Positions 8,839-19,264 of a DNA stretch of 64,000 nt are shown here, one piece after another (position 1 is the first letter of the stretch; every line of letters starts with the position of its first letter). The position numbers and the translations under genes were made by a program. This stretch comes from an uncultured Candidatus Saccharibacteria bacterium. Lineage in GTDB: Bacteria > Patescibacteriota > UBA1384 > XYA2-FULL-43-10. The notes beneath the pieces were generated by a model. That model saw nothing but the letters and a program-made list of their open reading frames with translations. It had not been told where the DNA came from and did not search any database. The stretch is from positions 2,504 to 66,503 of the forward strand of contig CAYRRY010000001.1 of NCBI GenBank assembly GCA_964426805.1, in the 5' to 3' direction.

Positions 8839-9772
8839 TTTTGCCTCCTTTATCTTCTCGAATATCTTTTCCGGTTAGTTCAATAAAGAGATCTTCTAGA
8901 TTCGCTTCACCGATACTCAAGTTGTCAGGATGTATCTTTTGGATGATGTTTATCGCTTTATTCAAATTGGCTTTCGTTTTTATATTTAGCTCAAAATAGT
9001 TGTCTTTGCCGGCAGGATTTAGAATTTCACCGCAACAACTAGTAAGTTTTTCTCGAACCTCAGTCGTTACTTTTTTTGAAACGAAATCGACGCGATACGG
9101 ATAGGCCACTTCTCTGATTAGCTCGTTGACAGGGCCATTTTTTAAGATTTTGCCGTTATCCATAATTGCAATTCTGTCACAAAGTTTTTCCGCCTCTTCC
9201 ATGTAGTGAGTCGTCAGAATTATCGACTTGCCCTGCTTCTTGATCTTCACAATTATCTCCCAAAGGTTTCTTCTGGCAACTGGGTCAAGTCCTGTTGTCG
9301 GTTCATCTAGAAAAACCAGGTCGGGATCATTTATAAGAGAAGCTATTATTGAAAAGCGCTGCTGCTGTCCGCCAGAGAGTTTTCCAACATATGAATTTTT
9401 CTTCTCAAACAAATCAACCGAGCGAAGTAATTCATCTATATCAACGTGTTTCTCATAGAACGAGCCGAAAAGCTCGAGTATCTCGTAGAGTTTCAAGTGA
9501 CTATAGTAGGCGGAAGATTGCAATTGCACACCAATCTTCTCTTTAATTTCGGACAAGTCTTTGTTGATGCTTAATCCTAAAACCTGAATCTCTCCTGAAG
9601 TTGGTTTTCGTAGTCCCTCAATCATCTCTAGGGTTGTCGTTTTGCCAGCTCCATTTTCACCGAGCAAACCAAAAACTTCCCCTTGGTCAACGGAGAAGTT
9701 GATTTGGTCAACAGCAATAAATTTACCGTACTTTTTTGTTAGATTTTTTATTTCCAGAACTTTTTTTGCCAT
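8831..9772 (-). CDS. ABC transporter ATP-binding protein (DrrA/CcmA-like)
   Basis: GENGAGKTT, LSGGQ, FLDEPTTGLD, TTHYMEEAE. Confidence 0.93.
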   Translation of the reverse strand: MAKKVLEIKNLTKKYGKFIAVDQINFSVDQGEVFGLLGENGAGKTTTLEMIEGLRKPTSGEIQVLGLSINKDLSEIKEKIGVQLQSSAYYSHLKLYEILELFGSFYEKHVDIDELLRSVDLFEKKNSYVGKLSGGQQQRFSIIASLINDPDLVFLDEPTTGLDPVARRNLWEIIVKIKKQGKSIILTTHYMEEAEKLCDRIAIMDNGKILKNGPVNELIREVAYPYRVDFVSKKVTTEVREKLTSCCGEILNPAGKDNYFELNIKTKANLNKAINIIQKIHPDNLSIGEANLEDLFIELTGKDIREDKGGKNA

Positions 9773-12275
9773 TTGCTTTTACCAATTTTATCTTGTTTTT
9801 TGTTAATTCCACTAAAACATTGTCCCCTTTTTTGAACTTCTCGTCAAGAATTCCTTCAGCTAGAGGCGCCTCTATATTCTCCGTTATTACTCTTCTCATC
9901 GGTCTTGCACCGTACTCTGGCTTGAAGCCATTTTCGGCTATTTTATCCTTAGCCTTGGTAGATATCTTTATTCGAATCTTCATCTCCCTTATTCTGGAAA
10001 CTAGCTTTGCCACTTCAACATCTACTATTTTTCGGATAGCTTTTTTGTCTAGCGGTTTGAAGATGATAGTTCTGTCAATCCGGTTTAAAAATTCCGGCTT
10101 AAAGTGTTTCTCTATTTTGTCCATTACATTCTCTTTGAGCTTTTCATATTCATCCTGAGCCTTGTTCCCCTTGTCACTTCCCATAAATCCAATCTTAGCA
10201 CCACGAGTAAGGGTATCGGTGCCGAGGTTTGAGGTCATAACAACAAGAGTATTTCTAAAATCGACTCGTCTGCCCTTGGCATCTGTTAGCTCTCCATCTT
10301 CAAAAATCTGCAGCAAAATATTGAACACTTCCGGATGAGCTTTTTCAATTTCGTCTAGCAAGATCAGGGAGTATGGTTGCTTTCTTATTTTCTCGGTCAA
10401 TTTGCCGCCCTCTTCGTAACCTATATAGCCAGCAGGTGCTCCAACTAAACGGGAAACATTGTGTTTCTCCATAAACTCCGACATATCAATTTTGATTAGA
10501 GCATCGTCTTTACCGAAAACTTCTCGGGCCAAAACTTTGACCAGCTCAGTTTTTCCAACTCCAGTAGGACCTAGGAAAATGAATGAGCCAATCGGTCTTT
10601 TGGGGTCAGATATGCCGACGCGAGAGCGTCTTATGGCTTTTGCAATCTCTTCCACTGCTTCATCTTGTCCGATTATATGTTTGGTTATTCTTTTCTCTAG
10701 ATCCATAAACATTCTCTTCTCGGACAAAGTAAGGTTTGTAACTGGTATTCCTGCCCACTTAGAAACAACTTCGGCTATCTCTTCTTCATCTATTTTGCTT
10801 TTTTTATCAAGCGAACTCTTCTTTTCAAGTTTTAAAATATTTTCTCTTAATTTTAACTCTGCCTGTCGAAGTCTAGAAGCATTTTCATATTTTTCATTGA
10901 TCACGGCTTCATCTTTCTCGTTCGAAATTATTGATAATTTACGAGTTATCTTTGAGAGCTCTCTGGCTTCTGGTGTGATAACATTTGTCGCAGCAGCAGC
11001 CTCGTCGATTAGATCGATTGCTTTGTCTGGCAGAAACCTGTCTTGAATATATCTATGAGAGAGCTTTACGGCAGCTTTAAGTGATTCCGGCGTGTACTTT
11101 ACTTTGTGGTGTTGTTCATACTTCTTCTTAATTCCCTTCAAAATCTTTAGCGTCTCTTCTTCGTCAGTTTCATTTACAACAACTGGTTGAAATCTGCGCT
11201 CGAAAGCAGCATCTTTCTCAATATGTTTTTTGAACTCGTCAAATGTTGTGGCGCCCAAAACTTGTATTTCGCCTCTTGCCAAGGGTGGTTTCAGTATATT
11301 CGCAGCGTCCATCGATCCCTCGGCGGAGCCGGTGCCAATTACGGTGTGAATTTCATCGATAAAAAGAAGGATATTTCCTTTCTTTTTGATCTCAGAAATT
11401 ATCTTTTTGATTCGTGATTCAAATTGACCGCGATACATGGTGCCAGCCAAAAGAGAGCCCATGTCTAGCGACAAGACCTCCTTGTTGGCGATTTTTGTAG
11501 GCACTTCCCCTTCAACTATTCTAGACGCCAGTCCTTCAATAATTGCGGTTTTACCAACTCCAGGTTCTCCAATCAGGATAGGATTGTTTTTCTTTCTTCG
11601 CGATAAAATCTGTGTAATTCTGTCAATTTCAACATCTCGCCCGATTACTGGGTCAAGTTTTTTAGTCCTTGCCTGATTAGTGATATTTACAGTAAATGCT
11701 TTTAGCGCAGATTTTTCCTTGGTTTTGGTGGTTTGCATCTGCATCCCAGGTGGTGGCCCCATCGGACCGAAAGAAGCATCAGCCCCAGGCATCTCCATCT
11801 GCTCTAAGTTTGGTGCCTGCATTGCTTCTTTCGATTTGTTTATCTCAGAAAAAACAGACTCAATCTGAGTTTTTATCTCAACGGGGTTGATACCGATACG
11901 TTCAATTATGCTATATGAGTTAAATGTTTTGTTGGAAACTAGCGCCAAAAGTAGATGTTCAGCGTCGACTGTTCTGTGTTTGAACTTAGCAGCAAACTGG
12001 ACGCCAAGTTGTGTTGCGGCTTTGGCGTCTTTCGACATGCCGTTCGGAGCAGAACGGGCTACTCGCTTGCTAACAAGCCCAGCAACCAGGTGTGCTTGGT
12101 CTTCAGAAACTCGATAAACCGAGAGTATATCGTTAGCCAGTGTTCCCTTAATCATTAGAAGCGCCAAAAAAAGATGCTCAGTATCTATGATACTGTTTTG
12201 TTCTTTGGCAATCCTTTCAGCGGTCATCAAAACTTTCTGTAAGTTTGGACTAAATTTTCCAAATACATTTTTCAC
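9723..12275 (-). CDS. clpC: ATP-dependent Clp protease ATPase ClpC
   Basis: Clp-N repeats, two AAA+ modules ([16 protein letters not shown]) and a short UVR-type middle domain. Confidence 0.93.
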   Translation of the reverse strand: MKNVFGKFSPNLQKVLMTAERIAKEQNSIIDTEHLFLALLMIKGTLANDILSVYRVSEDQAHLVAGLVSKRVARSAPNGMSKDAKAATQLGVQFAAKFKHRTVDAEHLLLALVSNKTFNSYSIIERIGINPVEIKTQIESVFSEINKSKEAMQAPNLEQMEMPGADASFGPMGPPPGMQMQTTKTKEKSALKAFTVNITNQARTKKLDPVIGRDVEIDRITQILSRRKKNNPILIGEPGVGKTAIIEGLASRIVEGEVPTKIANKEVLSLDMGSLLAGTMYRGQFESRIKKIISEIKKKGNILLFIDEIHTVIGTGSAEGSMDAANILKPPLARGEIQVLGATTFDEFKKHIEKDAAFERRFQPVVVNETDEEETLKILKGIKKKYEQHHKVKYTPESLKAAVKLSHRYIQDRFLPDKAIDLIDEAAAATNVITPEARELSKITRKLSIISNEKDEAVINEKYENASRLRQAELKLRENILKLEKKSSLDKKSKIDEEEIAEVVSKWAGIPVTNLTLSEKRMFMDLEKRITKHIIGQDEAVEEIAKAIRRSRVGISDPKRPIGSFIFLGPTGVGKTELVKVLAREVFGKDDALIKIDMSEFMEKHNVSRLVGAPAGYIGYEEGGKLTEKIRKQPYSLILLDEIEKAHPEVFNILLQIFEDGELTDAKGRRVDFRNTLVVMTSNLGTDTLTRGAKIGFMGSDKGNKAQDEYEKLKENVMDKIEKHFKPEFLNRIDRTIIFKPLDKKAIRKIVDVEVAKLVSRIREMKIRIKISTKAKDKIAENGFKPEYGARPMRRVITENIEAPLAEGILDEKFKKGDNVLVELTKNKIKLVKANGKKSSGNKKSNKKVR

Positions 12276-12299
12276 GTTTAGATCTTTAAGATTTAATTC

Positions 12300-13550
12300 T
12301 TACTTACTGTCCTCTTCTTTATCTTCTTTCTTGGCTTTTTTCTTTTTAACTTTTGCCTTCGTTTTTTTAGCTTTCTTTGCAGGCTTCTTCTTCGGTTTTT
12401 CCTCGGCCTCTGATTTCTCGGGTGTGTCGGGGTTCTCTGACTTTTTCTCATCAACCACCTCTTCGACACTTTCTTCTTCCTCATTTTCGGTACTAGTTCC
12501 ACTCTCGTCTTTTACTATGTCTATGCCCCAGTCGGTAAGCTTGGAGGCCAGACGCACATTTTGCCCACCCTTGCCAATAGCAAGCGAAAGACTCTCCTCT
12601 TCGACCATCACAGTAGCCTTGTGGTCCTTAGAAGAGATATTAATAGATTTAGTTTTAGCGGGAGAGAGAGCATTTTTGATAAACTGCTCGACATCTTCAT
12701 CCCAAAGCACGATGTCAATCTTCTCTTCGCCGAGTTCAGCCAATATCGCCTGAACTCTTGTTCCGCGCTGACCAACGCATGATCCAACCGGATCTATGCC
12801 TTCCTCGGTCGCGATAACAGCTATTTTAGTTCGTGATCCGGCTTCCCGGGCGATGCTTTTTATCTCAACTGTTTCTGCCAACACCTCAGGAACTTCAATC
12901 TCGAACAAACCTCGGATCAAGCCTTCATCAGAACGCGACACAATAATCTGAGGACCTCGTGAGGTTTCAGAAACCTCCTTGACCAAAACTTTCAATCTCT
13001 GACCTACATAATATCGCTCTTCATTTACCTGTTCTGATGGATAAAGCACAGCGTTTGCCTTGCCGAGCGAAAGAATAACATTTCTTCCTTCGATCTGCTG
13101 AACAGTTGCGTTTATGATCTCGCCTTCTCTGTCTTTGAACTCGTCGAACATCATATTTCTCTCAGCTTCTCGTATTCGCTGAATTATAACTTGTTTAGCA
13201 GTTTGCGCAGCGATTCTTCCAAAATCTGATTCTTTTGGCAGTGGAAGCTTTATTTCATCGCCCGCTTTAACTTTTTTATCAAACTTCATTGCTTCGGCCA
13301 CAGTAAGCTGTCTTTCGGATTCCTCTACTTCTTCCTCTTCCTCAACAACTTCATAAACACGAAACATGTCAGCCTCTCCGTTCTCTGGGTCGAGCTTCGA
13401 AGTGATAATTTGTTTTGGTTTTCCATAATCTTTTCTATAAGCGGCAGCCAACGCTGCTTCGAGCGCTTCTATAATTGTCTTCTTCTCTAATCCTTTTTCG
13501 TCGCATAGTTCATCGATTGCGCTCATGAACGCGTTCATCTCTTTTGCCAT
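12300..13550 (-). CDS. nusA: Transcription termination factor NusA with K/E-rich C-terminal tail
   Basis: FGRIAAQTAKQV, AREAGSRTKIAV, AIGKGGQNVRLA. Confidence 0.97.
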   Translation of the reverse strand: MAKEMNAFMSAIDELCDEKGLEKKTIIEALEAALAAAYRKDYGKPKQIITSKLDPENGEADMFRVYEVVEEEEEVEESERQLTVAEAMKFDKKVKAGDEIKLPLPKESDFGRIAAQTAKQVIIQRIREAERNMMFDEFKDREGEIINATVQQIEGRNVILSLGKANAVLYPSEQVNEERYYVGQRLKVLVKEVSETSRGPQIIVSRSDEGLIRGLFEIEVPEVLAETVEIKSIAREAGSRTKIAVIATEEGIDPVGSCVGQRGTRVQAILAELGEEKIDIVLWDEDVEQFIKNALSPAKTKSINISSKDHKATVMVEEESLSLAIGKGGQNVRLASKLTDWGIDIVKDESGTSTENEEEESVEEVVDEKKSENPDTPEKSEAEEKPKKKPAKKAKKTKAKVKKKKAKKEDKEEDSK

Positions 13551-13648
13551 AATCTTCCTTTCGTCCCATTATTGGGAATATTAAATTGTTTTTAGACTAT
13601 TTATTAAAAAAATGGTGCCACAGAAGGGTCACCATAATCCACGTCTCT

Positions 13649-13677
13649 ATACTATCAAATATAGTCACATTTGTCAA
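13649..13677 (-). promoter_or_regulatory. Sigma70 promoter upstream of nusA
   Basis: TTGACA-N17-TAGTAT. Confidence 0.65.
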
Positions 13678-13695
13678 TAGAATATGCGAAAAATA

Positions 13696-13726
13696 CGAAC
13701 GGCTCACACTAAGTGTGAGCCGTTCG
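13696..13726. repeat. REP-like palindrome copy A (may also terminate the upstream gene)
   Basis: CGAACGGCTCACAC-TAA-GTGTGAGCCGTTCG, perfect 14-bp arms. Confidence 0.7.
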
Positions 13727-13749
13727 CCTATCTAGAGCGTATTAACTAT

Positions 13750-15189
13750 CTATTTAGTAACTTCAACAAATATAGGTGTATCGGTTATATTTATTGTGCT
13801 CGCATCTTTCGTTTCTTCTTCTCCGTAAATATCAGTAACGGTAACGCTTCCTGATATTTCAGACGGCACGCTCGAGCTCTTGCCCCAGAGGACATATACA
13901 ACATCGCTTCCATCTGTAAACTTGTACTGTCCCGCGGAAGATGTAGCCCCGTCTGAGTCGTGCTCACTTTCTCTATATTCCTCGTTAATTGCTTCGACTT
14001 TATCAAAGCTGCCTAGCTTTTTGACTAAAAACTTATAAAGCTTATGAGTTGTGCTACTGTCTAAGTCGACATTTGACAACGGTCTTTTCTTCTCTTTATC
14101 CTTGTCCGCGCTACTGTAAGCATCTTCCTCGCCCCACATGGTCCAGTTCTCAATCAGAAATATTTTTTCAGCACCGAGAGCTAGTGAGAAAATGGTTGAT
14201 TTTGCCATCAGGGAATTAAACGCTTCAATGTCATCTGGCTCTCCCTGCAGATTTCCAAATTGGGCTTCTGTAATCCATATCGGTTTGTCAGTTATACCGT
14301 AGCCGGATAGATAATCTTTAAATTTCAAAAGATACATATCTTCCCGGCGCTCATCTGTATTTATTGAGTGAATATTAGCTATGTCAAAGTAATCGCCTGC
14401 TCCACCCTTAAACACTGGATTCCAAAACTCCTTAAACTGTTCTTGCATCCCAGCCATCCCGGCGTGAAGAACTTTTGCAGTCGGATCAGCTTTTTTGATA
14501 GCGGTGTATGAGGTTTTCAAAATTTCGAGGTATTCCGCAGAAGTTCCTACAAAAAACTTTAAATCCTCGCCTGCGCCACCTTCGGATCTGCCTTGCATTG
14601 AAGGTTCATTTAGAACTTCCCAATATTTGATAGGAACTTCTAATCCTGGCATATCGTCAACACCATCTCCGTCGTATCGTTCGACTACTTTCTCTAAAAA
14701 TGCGCCGTAAGCTTCCATATCACAAGGAGCGCCCATCAGTAGATTTTCACCATCTCTTTGTAGGTGGCCAGTGGCTTCGTATTTTGAACCGCTGTGACAA
14801 CTCTCCTGGTCCCAATTTGCATACGGCCAGATGATGGACAGATTATAAACTCCATCGGCTGTCATGCCCATATCGCCTTTTACCATCTGGTCCTTAAAGT
14901 CCCAATCATATTTCCCCTCTTTTGTTTCTATGTCGTTCCATACCGTATCATTCCCCCTCATCCAATAAGCGTCCTCTTCTCCAGCTACTTTTGAAATGTG
15001 AGAAGCTTCGGCTACAGGGTCGAGAGCTATAACTCCTGAACCATCTTTAACCACTGGAGCGTTGTTTTCCTTGGGCGCAAAAAATCCGTAGGCGAAATAT
15101 CCAACTACGGCAATTATTACTATTACGATGACCCAGATCCACCACTTGTTTTTTTTGTTGTTAGTTCCCAAATCAATTTCTTCGCTCAT
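13750..15189 (-). CDS. Membrane-anchored clan GH-A glycoside hydrolase (GH39/GH5-like)
   Basis: N-terminal TM, WEVLNEP (acid/base), PIWITE (nucleophile), DGDGVDD loop. Confidence 0.75.
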   Translation of the reverse strand: MSEEIDLGTNNKKNKWWIWVIVIVIIAVVGYFAYGFFAPKENNAPVVKDGSGVIALDPVAEASHISKVAGEEDAYWMRGNDTVWNDIETKEGKYDWDFKDQMVKGDMGMTADGVYNLSIIWPYANWDQESCHSGSKYEATGHLQRDGENLLMGAPCDMEAYGAFLEKVVERYDGDGVDDMPGLEVPIKYWEVLNEPSMQGRSEGGAGEDLKFFVGTSAEYLEILKTSYTAIKKADPTAKVLHAGMAGMQEQFKEFWNPVFKGGAGDYFDIANIHSINTDERREDMYLLKFKDYLSGYGITDKPIWITEAQFGNLQGEPDDIEAFNSLMAKSTIFSLALGAEKIFLIENWTMWGEEDAYSSADKDKEKKRPLSNVDLDSSTTHKLYKFLVKKLGSFDKVEAINEEYRESEHDSDGATSSAGQYKFTDGSDVVYVLWGKSSSVPSEISGSVTVTDIYGEEETKDASTINITDTPIFVEVTK

Positions 15190-15222
15190 ATCCCCTCCAA
15201 AACATTAATTAACTATATTTTA

Positions 15223-16056
15223 TCAAACTAATCTTTTTTTAAGAACTAGCCAAGCAACTTTTATAAGTGCCGTTTGGCGTTTTATTCTCTTTGGGTTTTC
15301 AAGTAAACGATACAACCACTCAAGTCCTATAACCTGCATCCACTTCGGAGCTCTTTTTTGTACGCCGGCGACGAAATCAAATGTGCCTCCTAAACCAATT
15401 CCAATTTTACATCCAGTTTTTGCTAAATTTCGCTTTAACCAAAACTCCTGTCTGGGCGATCCAAATCCACAGAGCAAGATATCTGCAGAGGACTTCTTGA
15501 TCACTTCAAGTATGTGATTTTCTTCACTCGGTGAGTCGGTAGCAGAGAGAGAGCCAACTATTTTTAGGTTATGAATATCGGTTTGTAGTTTTAGCGACGT
15601 TTTCTCAACCACATTTGGATCAAGCCCCTTTTTATAGCCGAGCAGGAAAATGCGTTTTTTGTTTTTTGCGGCGTATTCACAGAGATCCCAAACTAGATCA
15701 GATCCTGAAAGTTTTTGTAAACTCTTTTTAAAAAATTGGTATGAAAACGGAAAAAATATTAGAGATAAAAGCCAGTGAATTGGAGCATAGATATAGTTTA
15801 TGAATTTATTTTTAAACTTAAAGGCGTTCAAAGTCTTGTAAGCCCAAATAACTCCAGCGCCATCGATTATGTTTAGACTTGCAGCTTTGTCTAGCAAGTT
15901 GAAGAAAGCATCATCATTCAAAGCATGACTTACGAACTCAACGTTGACTGTGGTGATGAGGCTCGAGTTTTTCTTCTCCTCCAAGCGAGAAAGCTGATGA
16001 ATGAATTCATCTTTAGAAAGCGAGTCTAATTTTATATCAAGTAGCTTTATTCTCAT
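15223..16056 (-). CDS. WecB/TagA/CpsF-family glycosyltransferase
   Basis: TVNVE, DGAG, GSDL, GFGSPRQE, GLGGTFD, RAPKWMQ..GLEWLYRL. Confidence 0.93.
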   Translation of the reverse strand: MRIKLLDIKLDSLSKDEFIHQLSRLEEKKNSSLITTVNVEFVSHALNDDAFFNLLDKAASLNIIDGAGVIWAYKTLNAFKFKNKFINYIYAPIHWLLSLIFFPFSYQFFKKSLQKLSGSDLVWDLCEYAAKNKKRIFLLGYKKGLDPNVVEKTSLKLQTDIHNLKIVGSLSATDSPSEENHILEVIKKSSADILLCGFGSPRQEFWLKRNLAKTGCKIGIGLGGTFDFVAGVQKRAPKWMQVIGLEWLYRLLENPKRIKRQTALIKVAWLVLKKRLV

Positions 16057-17180
16057 TTGCTAAACTTACTATATTTTTCTTCAACATATTTGGTGAATTG
16101 ATTTTTGAATCTCTCAACTCCAAACTCTTTTGACCGATTGATGCATGTTTGTGGATCATACTTCGTAATATTCTTCTCAAACTTCTCTACTGCACCTATA
16201 AGTGATTCATAATTATCATCTTCAAAAAACAGGCCAGTTTTTGCATCTATCACAGTTTCCAGCACTCCACCGGATCCGTAGGCAATAACAGGTGTTCCCT
16301 GAGCCATAGCTTGGAGCGGCGTAAGCCCGAAGTCCTCTTCTCCTGGGAACACTAGAGCTTTTGCTTCGGCCAAATGCTTGGAAACTTCTTTTTCATCGCT
16401 TAAGTATCCCAGAAACTCGATGTTGTCATTTGCTAGAGACTGCAATCTTGCAAAATCTGCTCCCTCCCCTATTATCTTTAGATTTTTGCCAGACTTGTTG
16501 AAGGCCTCGATTGCTAAATCAATCTTTTTGTATGGTGTGAGCCTAGAAAGTATGAGGTAGTAATTTTTCTTTTCTGCATCAACTTTTGTTTGATTGGGAA
16601 ATGGAGGATAAATAACATCCGATTCTGCTCCGTAGTACTTCTTTATTCTTTTTGCTACATGTTTCGATATAGCAATCCAGTAGTTTGTTCGTTTCGACGC
16701 CTCTTTGTCCCACAACCGAAGCCGATAAAGCATGCCCCGTATAATCAACCCTCTTATTCCAAAACCGATATTGTTCTCGTCTAGGTATTGATGATACCAA
16801 TCCCACAAGTATCGTGTTGGCGAGTAACAGTGAGTTATGTGCAGACAGGATTTGGCGGTTATAGCGCCGTGAGCAAATGAGTTAGAATCAGAGATTACGA
16901 TGTCATACTCTGAAAGATCAAGCCTTTCAATGGCCCCGGGGAACTTATTCATCAGAAACTTCTGTTTGTTTTGAATAATTTTTGGGTATTTCTGTAGATA
17001 TGAGGTTTTTATCTCGTATCCTTCTTCAAACACGCCCTTCGTCCCTCTTTTGTCGTACATAAGTGTATATATGGGAGCATCAGGGTAGATCTTATGCAAG
17101 ACCTCCAAAACTTTCTCGGCGCCACCGAGCTTGATAAGAAAATCGTGGACTATGGCTATTTTGGGATTATTTTTTTTCAT
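16053..17180 (-). CDS. Glycosyltransferase family 4
   Basis: HDFL..GGAEKV, EEDFGLTPLQAMA.GTPVIA. Confidence 0.9.
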   Translation of the reverse strand: MKKNNPKIAIVHDFLIKLGGAEKVLEVLHKIYPDAPIYTLMYDKRGTKGVFEEGYEIKTSYLQKYPKIIQNKQKFLMNKFPGAIERLDLSEYDIVISDSNSFAHGAITAKSCLHITHCYSPTRYLWDWYHQYLDENNIGFGIRGLIIRGMLYRLRLWDKEASKRTNYWIAISKHVAKRIKKYYGAESDVIYPPFPNQTKVDAEKKNYYLILSRLTPYKKIDLAIEAFNKSGKNLKIIGEGADFARLQSLANDNIEFLGYLSDEKEVSKHLAEAKALVFPGEEDFGLTPLQAMAQGTPVIAYGSGGVLETVIDAKTGLFFEDDNYESLIGAVEKFEKNITKYDPQTCINRSKEFGVERFKNQFTKYVEEKYSKFSK

Positions 17181-18249
17181 CTAGAGAATTAAATACTTCA
17201 ATTACTTTCAGAGCCGTCATTTTCCAACTGTATTTTCCCAATCTCTCGCTACCAAGTTTTACTAGCTTGTCTGCCTCTTTTTTTGATCCAAGAACCACAG
17301 ATATTGTTTCTGCGATTTGTTCTGGCTTTTCAGGATCAAAATATTTTACAGCATCACCAGCTACTTCTGGAAGGGATGAGCTTTTTGAGCAAACCACCGG
17401 CGTCTGTGATGCGAAAGCTTCCAAAATTGGTATGCCGAAACCTTCGTAGAAGCTTGGGAATACAAAAAGAGAAGCATGTTTATAGTAGGAAGGAAGTGCA
17501 TCATCGCTTATATAGCCTGTAATAATTATTTTATTGCCAAGATTGTTCTTTTTTATTTCCTGCTCAATCTTTTCATAACCATATCCATGCTTTCCAGCTA
17601 AAATAAGTTTGTGTTTGAATGATTTCTCTTTGCAAAGAATTGCAAAAGCCTTTACCAAATTCAAGATATTTTTCTTTTTTTCTAATCTACCAACGTAGAG
17701 AAGGTAATCATCTTTGATTGGTTTAGTCGATTCCTTCGTATTTATAAATCTTCCCTCGTCGATACTAAGTCCAGTGACTTGCATCCTACGACGAAAATTA
17801 GGATAGAAGGTTTGAAAATCAGTCTTAGAGCTTTCAGTCAGAAACAGGATTGCTTTTGCTTTTTTGACGGCACTTTTAAGGGCGCTTTCTTGGAGAAGTT
17901 TGTTTTTTATAGAGTAGCACTCGGCATAGTGTTTGAATCCCAAGTCATGAACGTAGGTTGTAGAGTTTCTCGGGCAATACGAAGGAAGCATGTAGCCCGG
18001 CTCTAAAAAAGCGTCATAGTTTCCCCTCATGAGCAATAATGGTAGTTGAAATTTATTCCAAAACCTTTTCTTTTTCGAGTGGATTAGTTCATAATTATTA
18101 GTTGAAAACCGCACTTCTTTATTGGTGAGTATGGTGTACTTATTCTTTTTATCGTTCGACAAAAGAGAATCTATCAATTGATAGGAGAAATATTCTATGC
18201 CTGTTTTTTTATCTGCTGCGGCTTGCGCAGCATCTATAGCAATTTTCAT
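17167..18249 (-). CDS. Glycosyltransferase family 4 (mannosyltransferase-like)
   Basis: TGIEY, VHDL, YEGFGIPILEAFA, SSLPEVAG. Confidence 0.9.
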   Translation of the reverse strand: MKIAIDAAQAAADKKTGIEYFSYQLIDSLLSNDKKNKYTILTNKEVRFSTNNYELIHSKKKRFWNKFQLPLLLMRGNYDAFLEPGYMLPSYCPRNSTTYVHDLGFKHYAECYSIKNKLLQESALKSAVKKAKAILFLTESSKTDFQTFYPNFRRRMQVTGLSIDEGRFINTKESTKPIKDDYLLYVGRLEKKKNILNLVKAFAILCKEKSFKHKLILAGKHGYGYEKIEQEIKKNNLGNKIIITGYISDDALPSYYKHASLFVFPSFYEGFGIPILEAFASQTPVVCSKSSSLPEVAGDAVKYFDPEKPEQIAETISVVLGSKKEADKLVKLGSERLGKYSWKMTALKVIEVFNSLDEKK

Positions 18250-18256
18250 GGTTAAA

Positions 18257-19264
18257 TTAATTCTTCGCCCAAAGGATTGATCGTTTGTAAGCTTCTAAGT
18301 GATCCAAAGCTATGCCACAACCTTTTACTGTACAAAGCTCGGGCTCTTCTGCAACTTCGCAAGGCACTCCTGTAACTTTGGTCAAAAGCGTGTCGATATT
18401 TCGCAACCTTGCTCCACCACCAGTTATTACAATCCCCTTGTCCATAACATCTGAGGCAAGCTCCGGTGGGGTGTTTTGCAACACTTCTTTAACAATATTT
18501 ATAATTTCAAGTAGCGGGCCTTTAACAGCTTTGGCAATATCTTCCGATGATATTATTATGCTCTCCGGCAAACCTGTAACTGAATTTGAGCCCGAAATTT
18601 CCTTGTCTAGTTTCTCTTTTGCTGGTGTGGCTGAGCCGATGCCTATCTTAACCTTTTCTGCAGTTTGGCGACCTATTATTAAATTATGTTTTTTTCGGAT
18701 GTAATTTGATATAGCTGTATCAAGCTTATCTCCGCCTACACGAACTGAGGAAGATACGACAATATCGCCAAGTGCAATTACTGCTACTTCCGAAGTGCCG
18801 CCGCCAATATCTATAATCATGTTTCCGCTCGATGTTGCTATGGGAATACCGGCACCAAGAGCGGCAGCGATCGGTTGTTTTATAAGGTATGCCTGCTTTG
18901 CTCCAGCTGAGACACAGGCGTCGATTACAGCTTTTCTCTCGGTAGAAGTAACTCCAGCCGGCACAGATATCATTATTTCTGGCTTGATAAGCCGGATTCT
19001 GCCCGATACGCGGTTTACAAAGTTCTTGAGCATCGCCTCGGTTATCTTAAAGTTGGCGATAGCGCCTTCCTGAAGTGGATGCGCGGCGATGATACTATCC
19101 GGTGTGCGTCCTATCATCTCTTTTGCTTCCTTGCCAATAGCCATTATTTTATTATCGCTCGCCTGTAATGCAACAACAGAAGGCTCGTTGATAACAATTC
19201 CTTTTTTAGGAATATAAACGAGAGAATCAGTAGTACCCAAATCGATGGCGATTTTTCTGGACAT
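18257..19264 (-). CDS. mreB: Rod shape-determining protein MreB
   Basis: IAIDLGT, INEPSVVA, IDIGGGTSEVA, TPPELASD, TGGGA. Confidence 0.96.
   Translation of the reverse strand: MSRKIAIDLGTTDSLVYIPKKGIVINEPSVVALQASDNKIMAIGKEAKEMIGRTPDSIIAAHPLQEGAIANFKITEAMLKNFVNRVSGRIRLIKPEIMISVPAGVTSTERKAVIDACVSAGAKQAYLIKQPIAAALGAGIPIATSSGNMIIDIGGGTSEVAVIALGDIVVSSSVRVGGDKLDTAISNYIRKKHNLIIGRQTAEKVKIGIGSATPAKEKLDKEISGSNSVTGLPESIIISSEDIAKAVKGPLLEIINIVKEVLQNTPPELASDVMDKGIVITGGGARLRNIDTLLTKVTGVPCEVAEEPELCTVKGCGIALDHLEAYKRSILWAKN

Noticed and set aside
9736-12782. Many plus-strand ORFs antisense to clpC and nusA (similar ones occur over pheT, secY, typA and purF)
   Set aside because: Shadow ORFs opposite well-supported genes.
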